A stretch of 64,000 nt of DNA, taken from contig CAUWGC010000007.1 in assembly GCA_963558405.1 (NCBI GenBank), positions 23,166 to 87,165 on the forward strand, read 5' to 3'. Source of the DNA: an uncultured Clostridia bacterium (GTDB taxonomy: Bacteria > Bacillota > Clostridia > TANB77 > CAG-508). Below the pieces are notes generated by a model. That model did not search any database. It saw nothing but the letters and a program-made list of their open reading frames with translations, and was not told the origin of the DNA. The stretch's first letter is position 1, and each line of letters begins with the position of its first letter. Both the position numbers and the translations under genes were made by a program. Of this stretch, positions 52,110 to 62,058 are shown piece by piece.

Positions 52110-53684
52110 ATGGAAAATAAAAAATTTTATATTACAACACCTATTTATTATCCTAGCGGTAAATTTCATATAGGGACTGCTTATACAACTGTATTAGCAG
52201 ATACAATAAAACGTTATAAGGCGCTAAGAGGATATGAAACATTTTTATTAACTGGTTTAGATGAGCATGGACAAAAAATAGAGACAATTGCTAAAGAAAA
52301 AGGATTAGAGCCACAAGATTATGTAGACAATATGGCAAAATTATCAATAGATTTGTGGAAAAGTATGGATATACAATATGATGATTTTATCCGTACAACA
52401 GATGAAAGACATAAAGAGGTAGTACAAAAAATATTTGACCATTTTATGGAGACAGGAGATATATACAAGGGAACATATGAAGGTTTATATTGTATGCCTT
52501 GTGAGACATATTTTACAGAAACACAACTTATAGATGGTAAATGTCCTGATTGTGGTAGAGAAGTAAGACCAATGCAAGAAGAAGCATATTTTTTTAATAT
52601 GAAAAAGTATGCAGATAAATTGCTAAAAGCATACAAAGAACTTGATTTTATAACACCAGAATTTCGTAAAACAGAAATGATTAATAACTTTTTAAAGCCT
52701 GGTTTGGAAGATTTATGTGTAAGTCGTACAAGCTTTTCTTGGGGAATTCCTGTAAAAAAAGATCCAAAACATGTAGTATATGTATGGCTTGATGCTTTAA
52801 CAAATTATCTATCTGCATTAGGATATTTAACAGATGATGATAGTTTATTTAAAAAATATTGGCCTGCAGATGTTCAAATTGTTGGAAAAGATATTGCTAG
52901 ATTCCATCTTATATATTGGCCTATTTTCTTAATGGCATTAGGATTGCCATTACCAAAGAAGATATTGGTTCATAATTGGATTATGATGAAAGATGGAAAA
53001 ATGTCAAAGTCAAAAGGAAATGTTGTATATCCAGAATTATTAATAAATCGTTATGGCTTAGATGCAACAAGATATTTCCTATTACGTGAAATACCTATAA
53101 TGCAAGATGGTGTATTTTCACCAGAAGGATTTATAGAAAGATTTAACTCTGACTTATGTAATGATTTAGGAAATTTATTAAATAGAACAGTATCAATGGT
53201 TAATAAATACTTTGAAGGTATTGTTCCAGATAATATTGGATTAATAAATGAAGTAGACAAAGAATTTGAAGATACTACAATACAAGCAATTAAAAAAGCA
53301 GAAAAAGAAATAGAGGACTTAGAAATAGCAAATGCACTAGCTGATATATGGTCTGTTATTTCAAGAACTAATAAATATATTGATGAAACTGCACCATGGG
53401 CACTTGCAAAACAAGGAGATACAGAAAAATTACAATCAACAATGTATCATTTAATAGAAAATTTAAGAAAAATTGGAATTTTATTAATGCCTTTTATGGA
53501 AAAAACAGCAATTAATTTACTAAATCAAATAGGATTAGACAAAGAACAAAAATGGGAAAGCATTTATTCTTACGAGTCTATGCCAAAATGTACAAAAGTA
53601 ATAGAAAAAGGAGAACCTTTATTTATGCGTCTAAATGTAGAGGAAGAAGTAGAATACATTAAAGAAGGAATGAAGCAAAAATAA
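52110..53684 (+). CDS. metG: methionyl-tRNA synthetase (short form)
   Basis: FYITTPIYYPS, HIG, DEHGQK, KMSKS. Confidence 0.95.
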   Translation: MENKKFYITTPIYYPSGKFHIGTAYTTVLADTIKRYKALRGYETFLLTGLDEHGQKIETIAKEKGLEPQDYVDNMAKLSIDLWKSMDIQYDDFIRTTDERHKEVVQKIFDHFMETGDIYKGTYEGLYCMPCETYFTETQLIDGKCPDCGREVRPMQEEAYFFNMKKYADKLLKAYKELDFITPEFRKTEMINNFLKPGLEDLCVSRTSFSWGIPVKKDPKHVVYVWLDALTNYLSALGYLTDDDSLFKKYWPADVQIVGKDIARFHLIYWPIFLMALGLPLPKKILVHNWIMMKDGKMSKSKGNVVYPELLINRYGLDATRYFLLREIPIMQDGVFSPEGFIERFNSDLCNDLGNLLNRTVSMVNKYFEGIVPDNIGLINEVDKEFEDTTIQAIKKAEKEIEDLEIANALADIWSVISRTNKYIDETAPWALAKQGDTEKLQSTMYHLIENLRKIGILLMPFMEKTAINLLNQIGLDKEQKWESIYSYESMPKCTKVIEKGEPLFMRLNVEEEVEYIKEGMKQK

Positions 53685-53702
53685 AGAATAAGGTAAAAAA
53701 TT

Positions 53703-54374
53703 ATGGGTAAAATATTTGTTATTGATGGAACTGATGGAAGTGGTAAACAGACACAATTTGAAAAATTAAGGAAAGCTTTTGAAAGAGATAAAATTGAATA
53801 TAAGACAGTTAGTTTTCCAAATTATGATAGTCCTTCTTCTGCATTGGTTAAAATGTATTTATCAGGGGAATTTGGGGAAAATGCAAAAAATGTAAATCCA
53901 TATGTAGCATCTACATTTTTTGCAGTAGACCGTTTTGCTACATTTAAAAAAGATTATGAAGAATATTATAATAATGGTGGAATTATATTAGCTGATAGAT
54001 ATACTACTGCTAATATGGTTCACCAAGCAGGAAAAATACAAAATCAAGAAGAAAGAGAAAAATTTTTAGATTGGCTTTGGGATTTTGAATTTAATTTATT
54101 TGGACTTCCAGTTCCAGAAGAAGTATTTTTTCTAAATATGCCACCAGACGTATCATTACAATTAATGAAAGAAAGAGAAAATAAATTTTCTCATCAAATG
54201 CAAAAAGACATTCACGAGAGGGATAAAAATCATATTGTTGATAGTTATAATGCAGCTTGTAGTTTAGTTGATAAATATAATTGGTATGAAGTAAAATGTA
54301 TAAAAAATAATACTTTAAGAACAATAGATGATATACATGAAGAAATTTATAAAGAAATAAAAAATAGAATATAG
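53703..54374 (+). CDS. tmk: thymidylate kinase
   Basis: DGTDGSGKQT, FP.Y, DRY. Confidence 0.85.
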   Translation: MGKIFVIDGTDGSGKQTQFEKLRKAFERDKIEYKTVSFPNYDSPSSALVKMYLSGEFGENAKNVNPYVASTFFAVDRFATFKKDYEEYYNNGGIILADRYTTANMVHQAGKIQNQEEREKFLDWLWDFEFNLFGLPVPEEVFFLNMPPDVSLQLMKERENKFSHQMQKDIHERDKNHIVDSYNAACSLVDKYNWYEVKCIKNNTLRTIDDIHEEIYKEIKNRI

Positions 54375-54483
54375 CATTTTAGAAATAGCAGAAAGTAAAA
54401 AAATATTCTGTTATTTCTTTTTTGAAAGAAACTTTTTGTAAAAATAGGACATAATATATAATATACAAAAAGGAGGGAGAAAA

Positions 54484-54684
54484 GTGATAACAGTTTTACA
54501 CGTAGATGGTATGGTATGCAATAAATGTGCTGGAATAGTAAAAGGTGAATTAATGGAACATTCAGGAGTAAATGATGTTTTAATAAATTTAGAATCGAAA
54601 GAAGTAAGAATTGAGCACCAAGAAAATGCAAACATACAAGAATTAAAAAATGCTATTGAAGATTTAGGTTACGAGGTAGTTTAA
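54484..54684 (+). CDS. heavy-metal-associated (CopZ-like) chaperone
   Basis: GMVCNKC (MxCxxC), IEDLGYEV. Confidence 0.85.
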   Translation: MITVLHVDGMVCNKCAGIVKGELMEHSGVNDVLINLESKEVRIEHQENANIQELKNAIEDLGYEVV

Positions 54685-54727
54685 AAACTACCTACATATA
54701 AAACAAATAAGAAAGGATTGAATAATT

Positions 54728-55318
54728 ATGAAAGATAAAAAAATAATAATAGGAGTTGTAGCAATATTAATTGTTATAGCAATTATAGTAGGAATTTGGT
54801 ATGTTATGTTACCAAAAGAAAACAATAATAATACCAATACAATTAAAAATGAGGAAAACACACAAAATACAGATAATAATGAGGTTCTACCAGAAGAAGG
54901 AGAAAATAAAGATGCTAAAATAAAAGCAGCAGAAGCAAAAATAGCAGAATTAAAATCAAAAGAAGAACCTGATTATCCTTTATTTACAACCTTAATGGAA
55001 ATGGATTCAGCAACTCTTAAACAATCTTGGAATGTTGATACTAATTTATTAGATGCATATGTAGCAAAAATGCCAATGATGAATGTAAAAGCTAATTTAT
55101 ATGCTATTTTAAAACCAAAAGAAGGAAAGAAAGAAGAAGTAAAAGAACAAGTAGATAATTATTTAGCTTCTTATGAAGAACAATGGTCTACTTATTTACC
55201 AGATCAACATGAAATGGTTAAAAATAGATCTTTTGAAGAAATAAATGGATATTTAGTATATGTTATATCAGAAGATAACGAAGCAGTTTTAAATGTAGTA
55301 AGACAAGCATTAAAATAG
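54728..55318 (+). CDS. membrane-anchored DUF4358-like protein
   Basis: N-terminal TM; PMMNV, YLPDQ...GYLVYVIS; upstream of MBOAT. Confidence 0.65.
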   Translation: MKDKKIIIGVVAILIVIAIIVGIWYVMLPKENNNNTNTIKNEENTQNTDNNEVLPEEGENKDAKIKAAEAKIAELKSKEEPDYPLFTTLMEMDSATLKQSWNVDTNLLDAYVAKMPMMNVKANLYAILKPKEGKKEEVKEQVDNYLASYEEQWSTYLPDQHEMVKNRSFEEINGYLVYVISEDNEAVLNVVRQALK

Positions 55319-55333
55319 GAGAGTACAAAGCAA

Positions 55334-56740
55334 GTGGTTTTTAGTAGTATAGTGTTTTTATATATTTTTTTACCAATAATGCTTTTAATTTATTTTATTG
55401 TACCGAGCAAATTCAAAAATGCAGTAATGATCATTGCGAGTTTGCTCTTTTTTGCTTGGGGAGAAATACGTTATATTTTTATTATGTTATTACTTGCAAT
55501 AATGGATTATGTATGTGGTAAAAAAATAACAAAATATTGGGATAATAAAAATAAAAAAAGACTGTATTTATTTATTGATGTAGGAATAAACTTAGCAATT
55601 TTATTTTTCTTTAAATATGCAGATTTTATAATTACAAATATAAATAATATTACAGGATTTCAAATTCCTTTATTAAATATTCCACTTCCAATAGGTGTTT
55701 CATTTAATACTTTTCAAAGCTTGTCATACATAATTGATGTTTATAGAGGAACTGTAAAGTGTGAAAAAAGTTTTTATAATTATCTTACATATACAACATT
55801 ATTTCCTCAAATCATAGCAGGACCTATAGTAAGATATGAAACTGTAGATGAAGAATTGGAAACTAAAAATATTAGTTTAGATAATTTTTCAAAAGGAATG
55901 AAGAGATTTTTAAGAGGATTAGGTAAAAAGGTATTAATTGCTAATAATGTAGGAGCATTATGGAACATTATAGAAACTGGTGCATATTCAGAAATGTCTT
56001 CTATACTTGCATGGACAGGAATTATAGCTTTTGCATTACAAATTTACTTTGATTTTAGTGGATATTCAGATATGGCAATAGGACTTGCAAATATATTTGG
56101 AATGGATTTTGATGAAAACTTTAATTTTCCTTATATCTCTAAAAGTATAACAGAGTTTTGGAGAAGATGGCATATAACTTTAGGCTCATGGTTTAGAGAT
56201 TATATCTATATACCATTAGGAGGAAATAGAAAAGGTTTTATAAAACAAATAAGAAATATTGCAATAGTATGGTTTTTAACAGGAGCGTGGCATGGAGCTT
56301 CTTGGAACTTTATTTTATGGGGATTGTACTTTGGTGTAATTTTAATAATAGAAAAAGTTTTATTATTAAAGTTATTACCTAAATTAGGATCTTTTGTACA
56401 ACATATATATGCATCTTTTCTTATTTTAATAGGTTGGGTTATTTTTGCATTTGAAGATTTATCTAAGGTAAAAGACTATATAATAGCCTTGTTTGCAGGA
56501 AATAATATACCTTTTGTTAATAATGAAGGATTATATTATTTTACAACATATTTAATAATTATTTTAATAGGAATCTTTTTATCAATACCTGTATTTTCAA
56601 AAGTTCTTAACAAATTAGAAAATAGTAATAAAAGGATTGCAGCAATTACAACAACAATGTTTTATATAGGTGTATTAGTACTTTCAACTGCAAGCTTAGT
56701 AAGTGATGCTTTTAATCCATTTTTATATTTTAGATTTTAA
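55334..56740 (+). CDS. MBOAT O-acyltransferase (AlgI/PatA-like)
   Basis: PIGVSF, AGPIVR, YFDFSGYSDMA, FWRRWH, WHG. Confidence 0.93.
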   Translation: MVFSSIVFLYIFLPIMLLIYFIVPSKFKNAVMIIASLLFFAWGEIRYIFIMLLLAIMDYVCGKKITKYWDNKNKKRLYLFIDVGINLAILFFFKYADFIITNINNITGFQIPLLNIPLPIGVSFNTFQSLSYIIDVYRGTVKCEKSFYNYLTYTTLFPQIIAGPIVRYETVDEELETKNISLDNFSKGMKRFLRGLGKKVLIANNVGALWNIIETGAYSEMSSILAWTGIIAFALQIYFDFSGYSDMAIGLANIFGMDFDENFNFPYISKSITEFWRRWHITLGSWFRDYIYIPLGGNRKGFIKQIRNIAIVWFLTGAWHGASWNFILWGLYFGVILIIEKVLLLKLLPKLGSFVQHIYASFLILIGWVIFAFEDLSKVKDYIIALFAGNNIPFVNNEGLYYFTTYLIIILIGIFLSIPVFSKVLNKLENSNKRIAAITTTMFYIGVLVLSTASLVSDAFNPFLYFRF

Positions 56741-56754
56741 AAAAGGAGGTAAAA

Positions 56755-57903
56755 ATGAAGCAAAACAACCGAATATTCTTTGTTTGTTTTATGATTATAT
56801 GGGTAATGTTAATTTTGCTTAATTTTATCATAAAACCAGATGAATTCTCAGAGATAGAAAATAGATATTTATCAAAAATACCAAAATTTGAAGTAGAAAC
56901 TTTAGTTTCAGGAGAATATTCTGAAAAACTAGATACATACATCAATGACCATTTCATTTTTCGTCCTTTTTTTGTAGGATTAAAAACAGAGTGGGAAAAA
57001 TTATTAGGTAAAAAGGAAAATAATTCAATATATTTTGGAAAAAATCAATATTTAATAGAAAAATACGATGAACCAGATTTTAACAAAATAAATAAAATAA
57101 TTCAAACAATTGAAAAATTTAGTAAAGAACATTTAAGTTTTAATCTTTCTATGATGATTACTCCAACAAGTGTAGAAATAAATCAAGATAGATTACCTAA
57201 ATATGCAATAAATTCTTCTGAAAAAGATACTATTAATTATATTTATAATTCATTACCACAGGTAAAAACAATAGATGTTATAGAACCGCTATTAAAAGAA
57301 AATTCAAAAGGTAAGCAAACATATTTTAGACTGGACCATCATTGGAATTCTGATGGTGCTTATATTGCATATTTAGAATATTGTAAGCAATTTGGAATTA
57401 AACCTTATTTAGAATCAGATTTTGATAAAGAAATAGTATCAACTGATTTTAAGGGAACAAATTATTCAAGAAGTGGGGAATACTTATATAAACCTGATGT
57501 AATAGAAAAGTTTGTTCCAAAATTTGATACAGATTATAAAGTAAGCTATTTACCTTTGGATTCAAAAGATGGAAAATTAATAAAAAAAGATTCTTTTTAC
57601 TTTGAAGAATACTTAAATAAAAAAGATAAATATTCTTATTTTTTAAATAATAATCCAGCAATAATGGTAATAGAGAACAAGCAAATAAAAGATAAAAGTG
57701 AAATTTTGATATTAAAAGATTCTTATGCAAATATTTTTATACCATTTTTAGCTAATCATTATTCTAAAATACACATTATTGATTTAAGATATTATAATGT
57801 TCCTATTTCTAAATATTGTAAAGATAATCAAATAAAGGATATATTCTTTTTATATAATATTCTTACATTAGAAGATGATTTGGGAATTTTAAAATTAAGA
57901 TAA
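56755..57903 (+). CDS. DHHW-family (AlgJ/PatB-like SGNH) protein
   Basis: ENR.L, DHHW, KDSY. Confidence 0.88.
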   Translation: MKQNNRIFFVCFMIIWVMLILLNFIIKPDEFSEIENRYLSKIPKFEVETLVSGEYSEKLDTYINDHFIFRPFFVGLKTEWEKLLGKKENNSIYFGKNQYLIEKYDEPDFNKINKIIQTIEKFSKEHLSFNLSMMITPTSVEINQDRLPKYAINSSEKDTINYIYNSLPQVKTIDVIEPLLKENSKGKQTYFRLDHHWNSDGAYIAYLEYCKQFGIKPYLESDFDKEIVSTDFKGTNYSRSGEYLYKPDVIEKFVPKFDTDYKVSYLPLDSKDGKLIKKDSFYFEEYLNKKDKYSYFLNNNPAIMVIENKQIKDKSEILILKDSYANIFIPFLANHYSKIHIIDLRYYNVPISKYCKDNQIKDIFFLYNILTLEDDLGILKLR

Positions 57904-57950
57904 ATACATAAAAGTTCTAACAAGCAGAATTGTTAGAACTTTTATGTATT
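57903..57950. terminator. bidirectional terminator
   Basis: 21-bp perfect inverted repeat between convergent genes. Confidence 0.7.
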
Positions 57951-59258
57951 TTTACGTATAATAAGAAAAAGTTTACCTGTACTAATAGAAAAGTTTAGTA
58001 TTTCACTTACACAAATAACAAGAAGATATCCAGAAAGCCCTAAAATAGGTACTATAAAATAAATAAGAAATATACTAACAAGTAAATCTGTAATATTACA
58101 AACCATAACACTTACTTGGGCATCCAGTCCTTTTAAAATACTGTCTACTATAGTATCAAGGTACATAAAAATTATTAATGGTGCTAAAATTTTTATATAA
58201 AATGCAATTTCAATATTTTTATACATCCATATACTAAGTTTTTCAGCAAATATAAAAAAGAAAACAGTAAGTAAAATGGAAAATATACCTATTACTTTAA
58301 AAAGCAAAATACAAATTTCTTTTACTCTTTTATAATCATTTTTTTCACGATACCTAGAAAATTCTGGAACTAGTAAGCTACTTATAGAATTAATCAATAC
58401 ACTAGGAAACATTATTATAGGCATTGCCATTCCAGTAATCATACCATAGCCAGAAAGTGCAGCAGAACAGCTTAAACCATATTTTTCTAAGCTAGATGGT
58501 ATTAATACTTGCTTTAATGTAGAAAGCCCAGAACGAATATAAGATGTAAGAGCAACAGGTATAGAAATTCTAAGTATTCTTTTACTATCGTCTACTTTTC
58601 TTGTACAAGAAGAAATATAACGTTTATTATCAAAACGATATAAAATATATAAATATAAAAAAGAACAAACTTCAGAAATAACATCTCCTAAAATAAGAGA
58701 AATACAAGCATATTCTAATCCACTAGGAAACAATAAATTTAAAAAGTAAGCAGTAAGTCCAATTTTTATAAATTGTTCAACAAACTGGCAAGATGCAGGT
58801 TTGTATATTCTTCTAACAGCTGTAAAATAGCCGTTAACAGAAGCGGACATAGAAATAAAAGGAAGAGCAATACAAATGAGATGCAAACATTTTGGTGTAA
58901 CTCTGGAATGTAACCATATTTTAGCAATTGGAACCGAAAAAATAAAAAGCAATAAACTAGCCAAAAGTCCAGTAACAAGTGAAAAAAATATACACTTTTT
59001 AGCAGCTTTTTTAGCTCTATCATAATCTCCTTTAGCTAATTCTTCGGAAACAACACGGGTAGTAGCAAGATTTATACCAGAGGTAGCAATTGTTACAGCA
59101 AAAAGATAAATAGACATAACAAGAGAAAACAAACCAACTGCTTCTGTTCCTATTTTATTTGAAATATAAATATTAAAACTTACGCCTATAGTATGTAACA
59201 AAAATGAAGTAAGAGTAAGTACAATAGTATTAATAAAAAATAGTTTTAATCTTTTCAA
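57942..59258 (-). CDS. SpoVB-like MOP-family flippase
   Basis: SNKIGTEAVG, EQ..KI, GMAMP, L.G motifs; polytopic. Confidence 0.8.
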   Translation of the reverse strand: MKRLKLFFINTIVLTLTSFLLHTIGVSFNIYISNKIGTEAVGLFSLVMSIYLFAVTIATSGINLATTRVVSEELAKGDYDRAKKAAKKCIFFSLVTGLLASLLLFIFSVPIAKIWLHSRVTPKCLHLICIALPFISMSASVNGYFTAVRRIYKPASCQFVEQFIKIGLTAYFLNLLFPSGLEYACISLILGDVISEVCSFLYLYILYRFDNKRYISSCTRKVDDSKRILRISIPVALTSYIRSGLSTLKQVLIPSSLEKYGLSCSAALSGYGMITGMAMPIIMFPSVLINSISSLLVPEFSRYREKNDYKRVKEICILLFKVIGIFSILLTVFFFIFAEKLSIWMYKNIEIAFYIKILAPLIIFMYLDTIVDSILKGLDAQVSVMVCNITDLLVSIFLIYFIVPILGLSGYLLVICVSEILNFSISTGKLFLIIRKNT

Positions 59259-59479
59259 AAAATAATCACCTTGTAATATATATGATGGAAAAGATTTAAA
59301 ATGATAAAATAGTATGTGAAATAAATATTGCTTATGATATAATTGCGTTATAAATTTTTAGGAGGAACAATAACCAATAGTGTTGCAATTTTATAAGATT
59401 CAATTGATGATAAATATATATATGGATATTATGTGAAGATTGTATATGGAAAAGATAAGCCTTAATTGGAGATGATTAT

Positions 59480-61858
59480 ACGAATTATGAAGATATAATA
59501 AATAAAATGTCATTAGAAGAAAAAGCTCAATTATGTGTAGGAGATGACTATTGGAATAGTAAAGAATTAGAAAAATACAAAATACCAAAAATAAAAATGT
59601 CAGATGGTCCACATGGTTTAAGAGTGCAAAAGGAAAAAGCAGATAATCTAGGAATTAATGAAAGTGAAGTATCTATTTGCTTTCCTGCAAGTTCAACATT
59701 AGGAAATAGTTGGAATAAAGAAATGGCGTATCAATTAGGAAAAGCATTAGGACAAGAGGCATATGAAGAAAATGTAAATATAGTTTTAGGACCTGCTATT
59801 AATATAAAAAGAACTCCTTTATGTGGCAGAAATTTTGAATACTTTTCGGAGGATCCTTATTTAACAGGTATATTGGCAAGTGAATATGTAAAAGGTTTAC
59901 AAGAACAAAATGTAGGTGCGTGTGTAAAACATTTTGCAGTTAATAATCAGGAAAATAGAAGAAGAACAATTGATGTAATAATAGATGAAAGAAATTTAAG
60001 AGAAATATACTTAAAAGCCTTTGAAATGACTATAGAAAATTCAAAACCATGGTCTATTATGAGTGCATATAATAAAGTTAATGGTCAATATTGTAGCGAA
60101 AATACACATTTATTGGAAGATATTTTAAGAAAAGAATGGAAATATAAAGGAATAGTTATATCAGACTGGGGTGCAGAAAATGATAGAGTAAAAGGAATTG
60201 AAAATGATCATGAATTAGAAATGCCAGGTGGAAGAGGAAATGGTGTAGAAGAAATAATAAGAGCAGTTAAAAATGGAAGAATTAATGAAACTAAATTGAA
60301 TAGTATAGTAGATAGAATTATTACTATAGCTAAAAAAGGCGAAAATAACAAGAATGATAAAAAATATGATAGAGACGAACATCATAAAATTGCACAAAAA
60401 ATTGCAGAAGAATCAATTGTATTGCTAAAGAATGAGGAAAATATATTACCAATAAAAGATACTAAAATAGCTTTAATAGGAGATATGGCTAAACATCCAA
60501 GATATCAAGGCGCTGGTAGTTCAACAATTAACCCATATAAAATAGAAAATGCTTATGATAATTTAAAAGAAAACAATATAAAATTTGATTATGCAAAAGG
60601 ATATGAAAGAATAGAATCAGAAAATGATGAGATGTTAAGAAAAGAAGCGGTAGATATAGCAAAGAAAAATAAAATAGTAATTATATTTGCTGGATTAACA
60701 GAAAACTTTGAATCAGAAGGAGTAGATAGAACTAATCTAAATATTCCAGAAAATCAAAATAAATTAATTGAAGAAATATATAAAGTAAATAAAAATATAA
60801 TTGTAGTTTTGTCTAATGGAGCACCAATTTTAATGCCATGGAAAGATAAAGTTAAGGCAATTATAACAGGATATCTTGGAGGAGAAGCAGGAGCTACAGC
60901 AATGATAAATTGTATATTAGGTAAAGTAAATCCAAGTGGAAAATTAGCTGAAACATATCCAGAAAGGTTGGAAGATACTCCATGTTATAAAAACTATCCA
61001 GGAAATGAACTTACTGTAGAATATCAAGAATCTATATATGTAGGATATAGATTTTATGATATTAATAATATGAATGTGTTATTTCCTTTTGGATATGGAC
61101 TAAGCTATACTGATTTTGAATATTCTAATTTAAAAATACAAAGAATAGAAAATAATATAAATGTTTCATTTACAATAAAAAATATAGGAAATTTAAAAGG
61201 AAAAGAAATTGCTCAAATATATATATCACAAGATAATCCAACAATATTTAAACCAAAAAAAGAATTGAAAGCATTTCAAAAAATAGAGTTAGACGTAGGA
61301 GAACAAAAAGAAGTTAAAATTACATTAAATAAAAACGCTTTTGAGTATTATAATACTGAAACTAATACTTGGAATATAGAACAAGGAAAATATAAAATAC
61401 TTGTTGGAAAATCAAGTATAGATATTGTATTAGAGAAAGAAATTTTTATAGAATCAAACGATAAAAATATAGAAAAAAGATATTCAGATAAATATTACAA
61501 CGGAAATATTCATGAAATTAATGATAAAGAATTTGAAGAATTACTTGGAAGGAAAATACCAAGAAGACATTTAAAAATAGAAGAAATAAATGAGGAAAAT
61601 ACATTAGAACAAATAAAAGAAACCAAAATAGGAAAATTTATATATGAAAATCAAATGAAAAAAATGGAAAAACTGTTAAAAGAACAAAATGTAAATAAAG
61701 CTACAAAGGTAATGATGGATTTACAAAAACCATTAAAGAAATTTTATGAAAAGAAAAATAGTAAAATAACAAAGGAAATGGTAGAAGAATTAATAAATAT
61801 AGCAATAAATAATAGTGATTTTACAGATAATAGTTTTATAAAAGAATATTTGAAATAA
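59480..61858 (+). CDS. GH3 beta-glucosidase (RBS points to ACG at 59480; first ATG at 59507)
   Basis: SDGPHG, GRNFEYFSEDP, KHF, SDWG nucleophile, ESEG, FnIII-like domain. Confidence 0.9.
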   Translation, partial: TNYEDIINKMSLEEKAQLCVGDDYWNSKELEKYKIPKIKMSDGPHGLRVQKEKADNLGINESEVSICFPASSTLGNSWNKEMAYQLGKALGQEAYEENVNIVLGPAINIKRTPLCGRNFEYFSEDPYLTGILASEYVKGLQEQNVGACVKHFAVNNQENRRRTIDVIIDERNLREIYLKAFEMTIENSKPWSIMSAYNKVNGQYCSENTHLLEDILRKEWKYKGIVISDWGAENDRVKGIENDHELEMPGGRGNGVEEIIRAVKNGRINETKLNSIVDRIITIAKKGENNKNDKKYDRDEHHKIAQKIAEESIVLLKNEENILPIKDTKIALIGDMAKHPRYQGAGSSTINPYKIENAYDNLKENNIKFDYAKGYERIESENDEMLRKEAVDIAKKNKIVIIFAGLTENFESEGVDRTNLNIPENQNKLIEEIYKVNKNIIVVLSNGAPILMPWKDKVKAIITGYLGGEAGATAMINCILGKVNPSGKLAETYPERLEDTPCYKNYPGNELTVEYQESIYVGYRFYDINNMNVLFPFGYGLSYTDFEYSNLKIQRIENNINVSFTIKNIGNLKGKEIAQIYISQDNPTIFKPKKELKAFQKIELDVGEQKEVKITLNKNAFEYYNTETNTWNIEQGKYKILVGKSSIDIVLEKEIFIESNDKNIEKRYSDKYYNGNIHEINDKEFEELLGRKIPRRHLKIEEINEENTLEQIKETKIGKFIYENQMKKMEKLLKEQNVNKATKVMMDLQKPLKKFYEKKNSKITKEMVEELINIAINNSDFTDNSFIKEYLK

Positions 61859-61943
61859 TAGGAGGAAATTTATTATAAAAGCTGTATTTATAGATATCGA
61901 TTTTAGGTATTTTAGAAAAAATTTTAAAAATTTTTTGATAGAA

Positions 61944-62023
61944 TCAAGAAAATGTGATACAATATACATATAATGGTCAAGAAAATGTGAGTTAAACTAC
62001 AACTATTGGTCAAGAAAATGTGA
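61944..62023 (+). repeat. three TCAAGAAAATGTGA direct repeats at exact 33-bp spacing
   Basis: Copies at 61944, 61977 and 62010; the first lies in the spacer of TTGATA-17-TACAAT. Confidence 0.9.
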
Positions 62024-62058
62024 TTTTGTTAAATATAAAAAATTAAGGAGCTGATAAT

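Noticed and set aside
52110-53684. MetG lacking the C-terminal tRNA-binding domain as a truncation
   Set aside because: Short monomeric MetRS forms are well known, and the gene ends cleanly before tmk
61944-62023. 33-bp periodic repeats as a CRISPR array
   Set aside because: 14-nt repeats and 19-nt spacers are too short, there are only three copies, no cas genes are present, and the first copy lies inside a promoter
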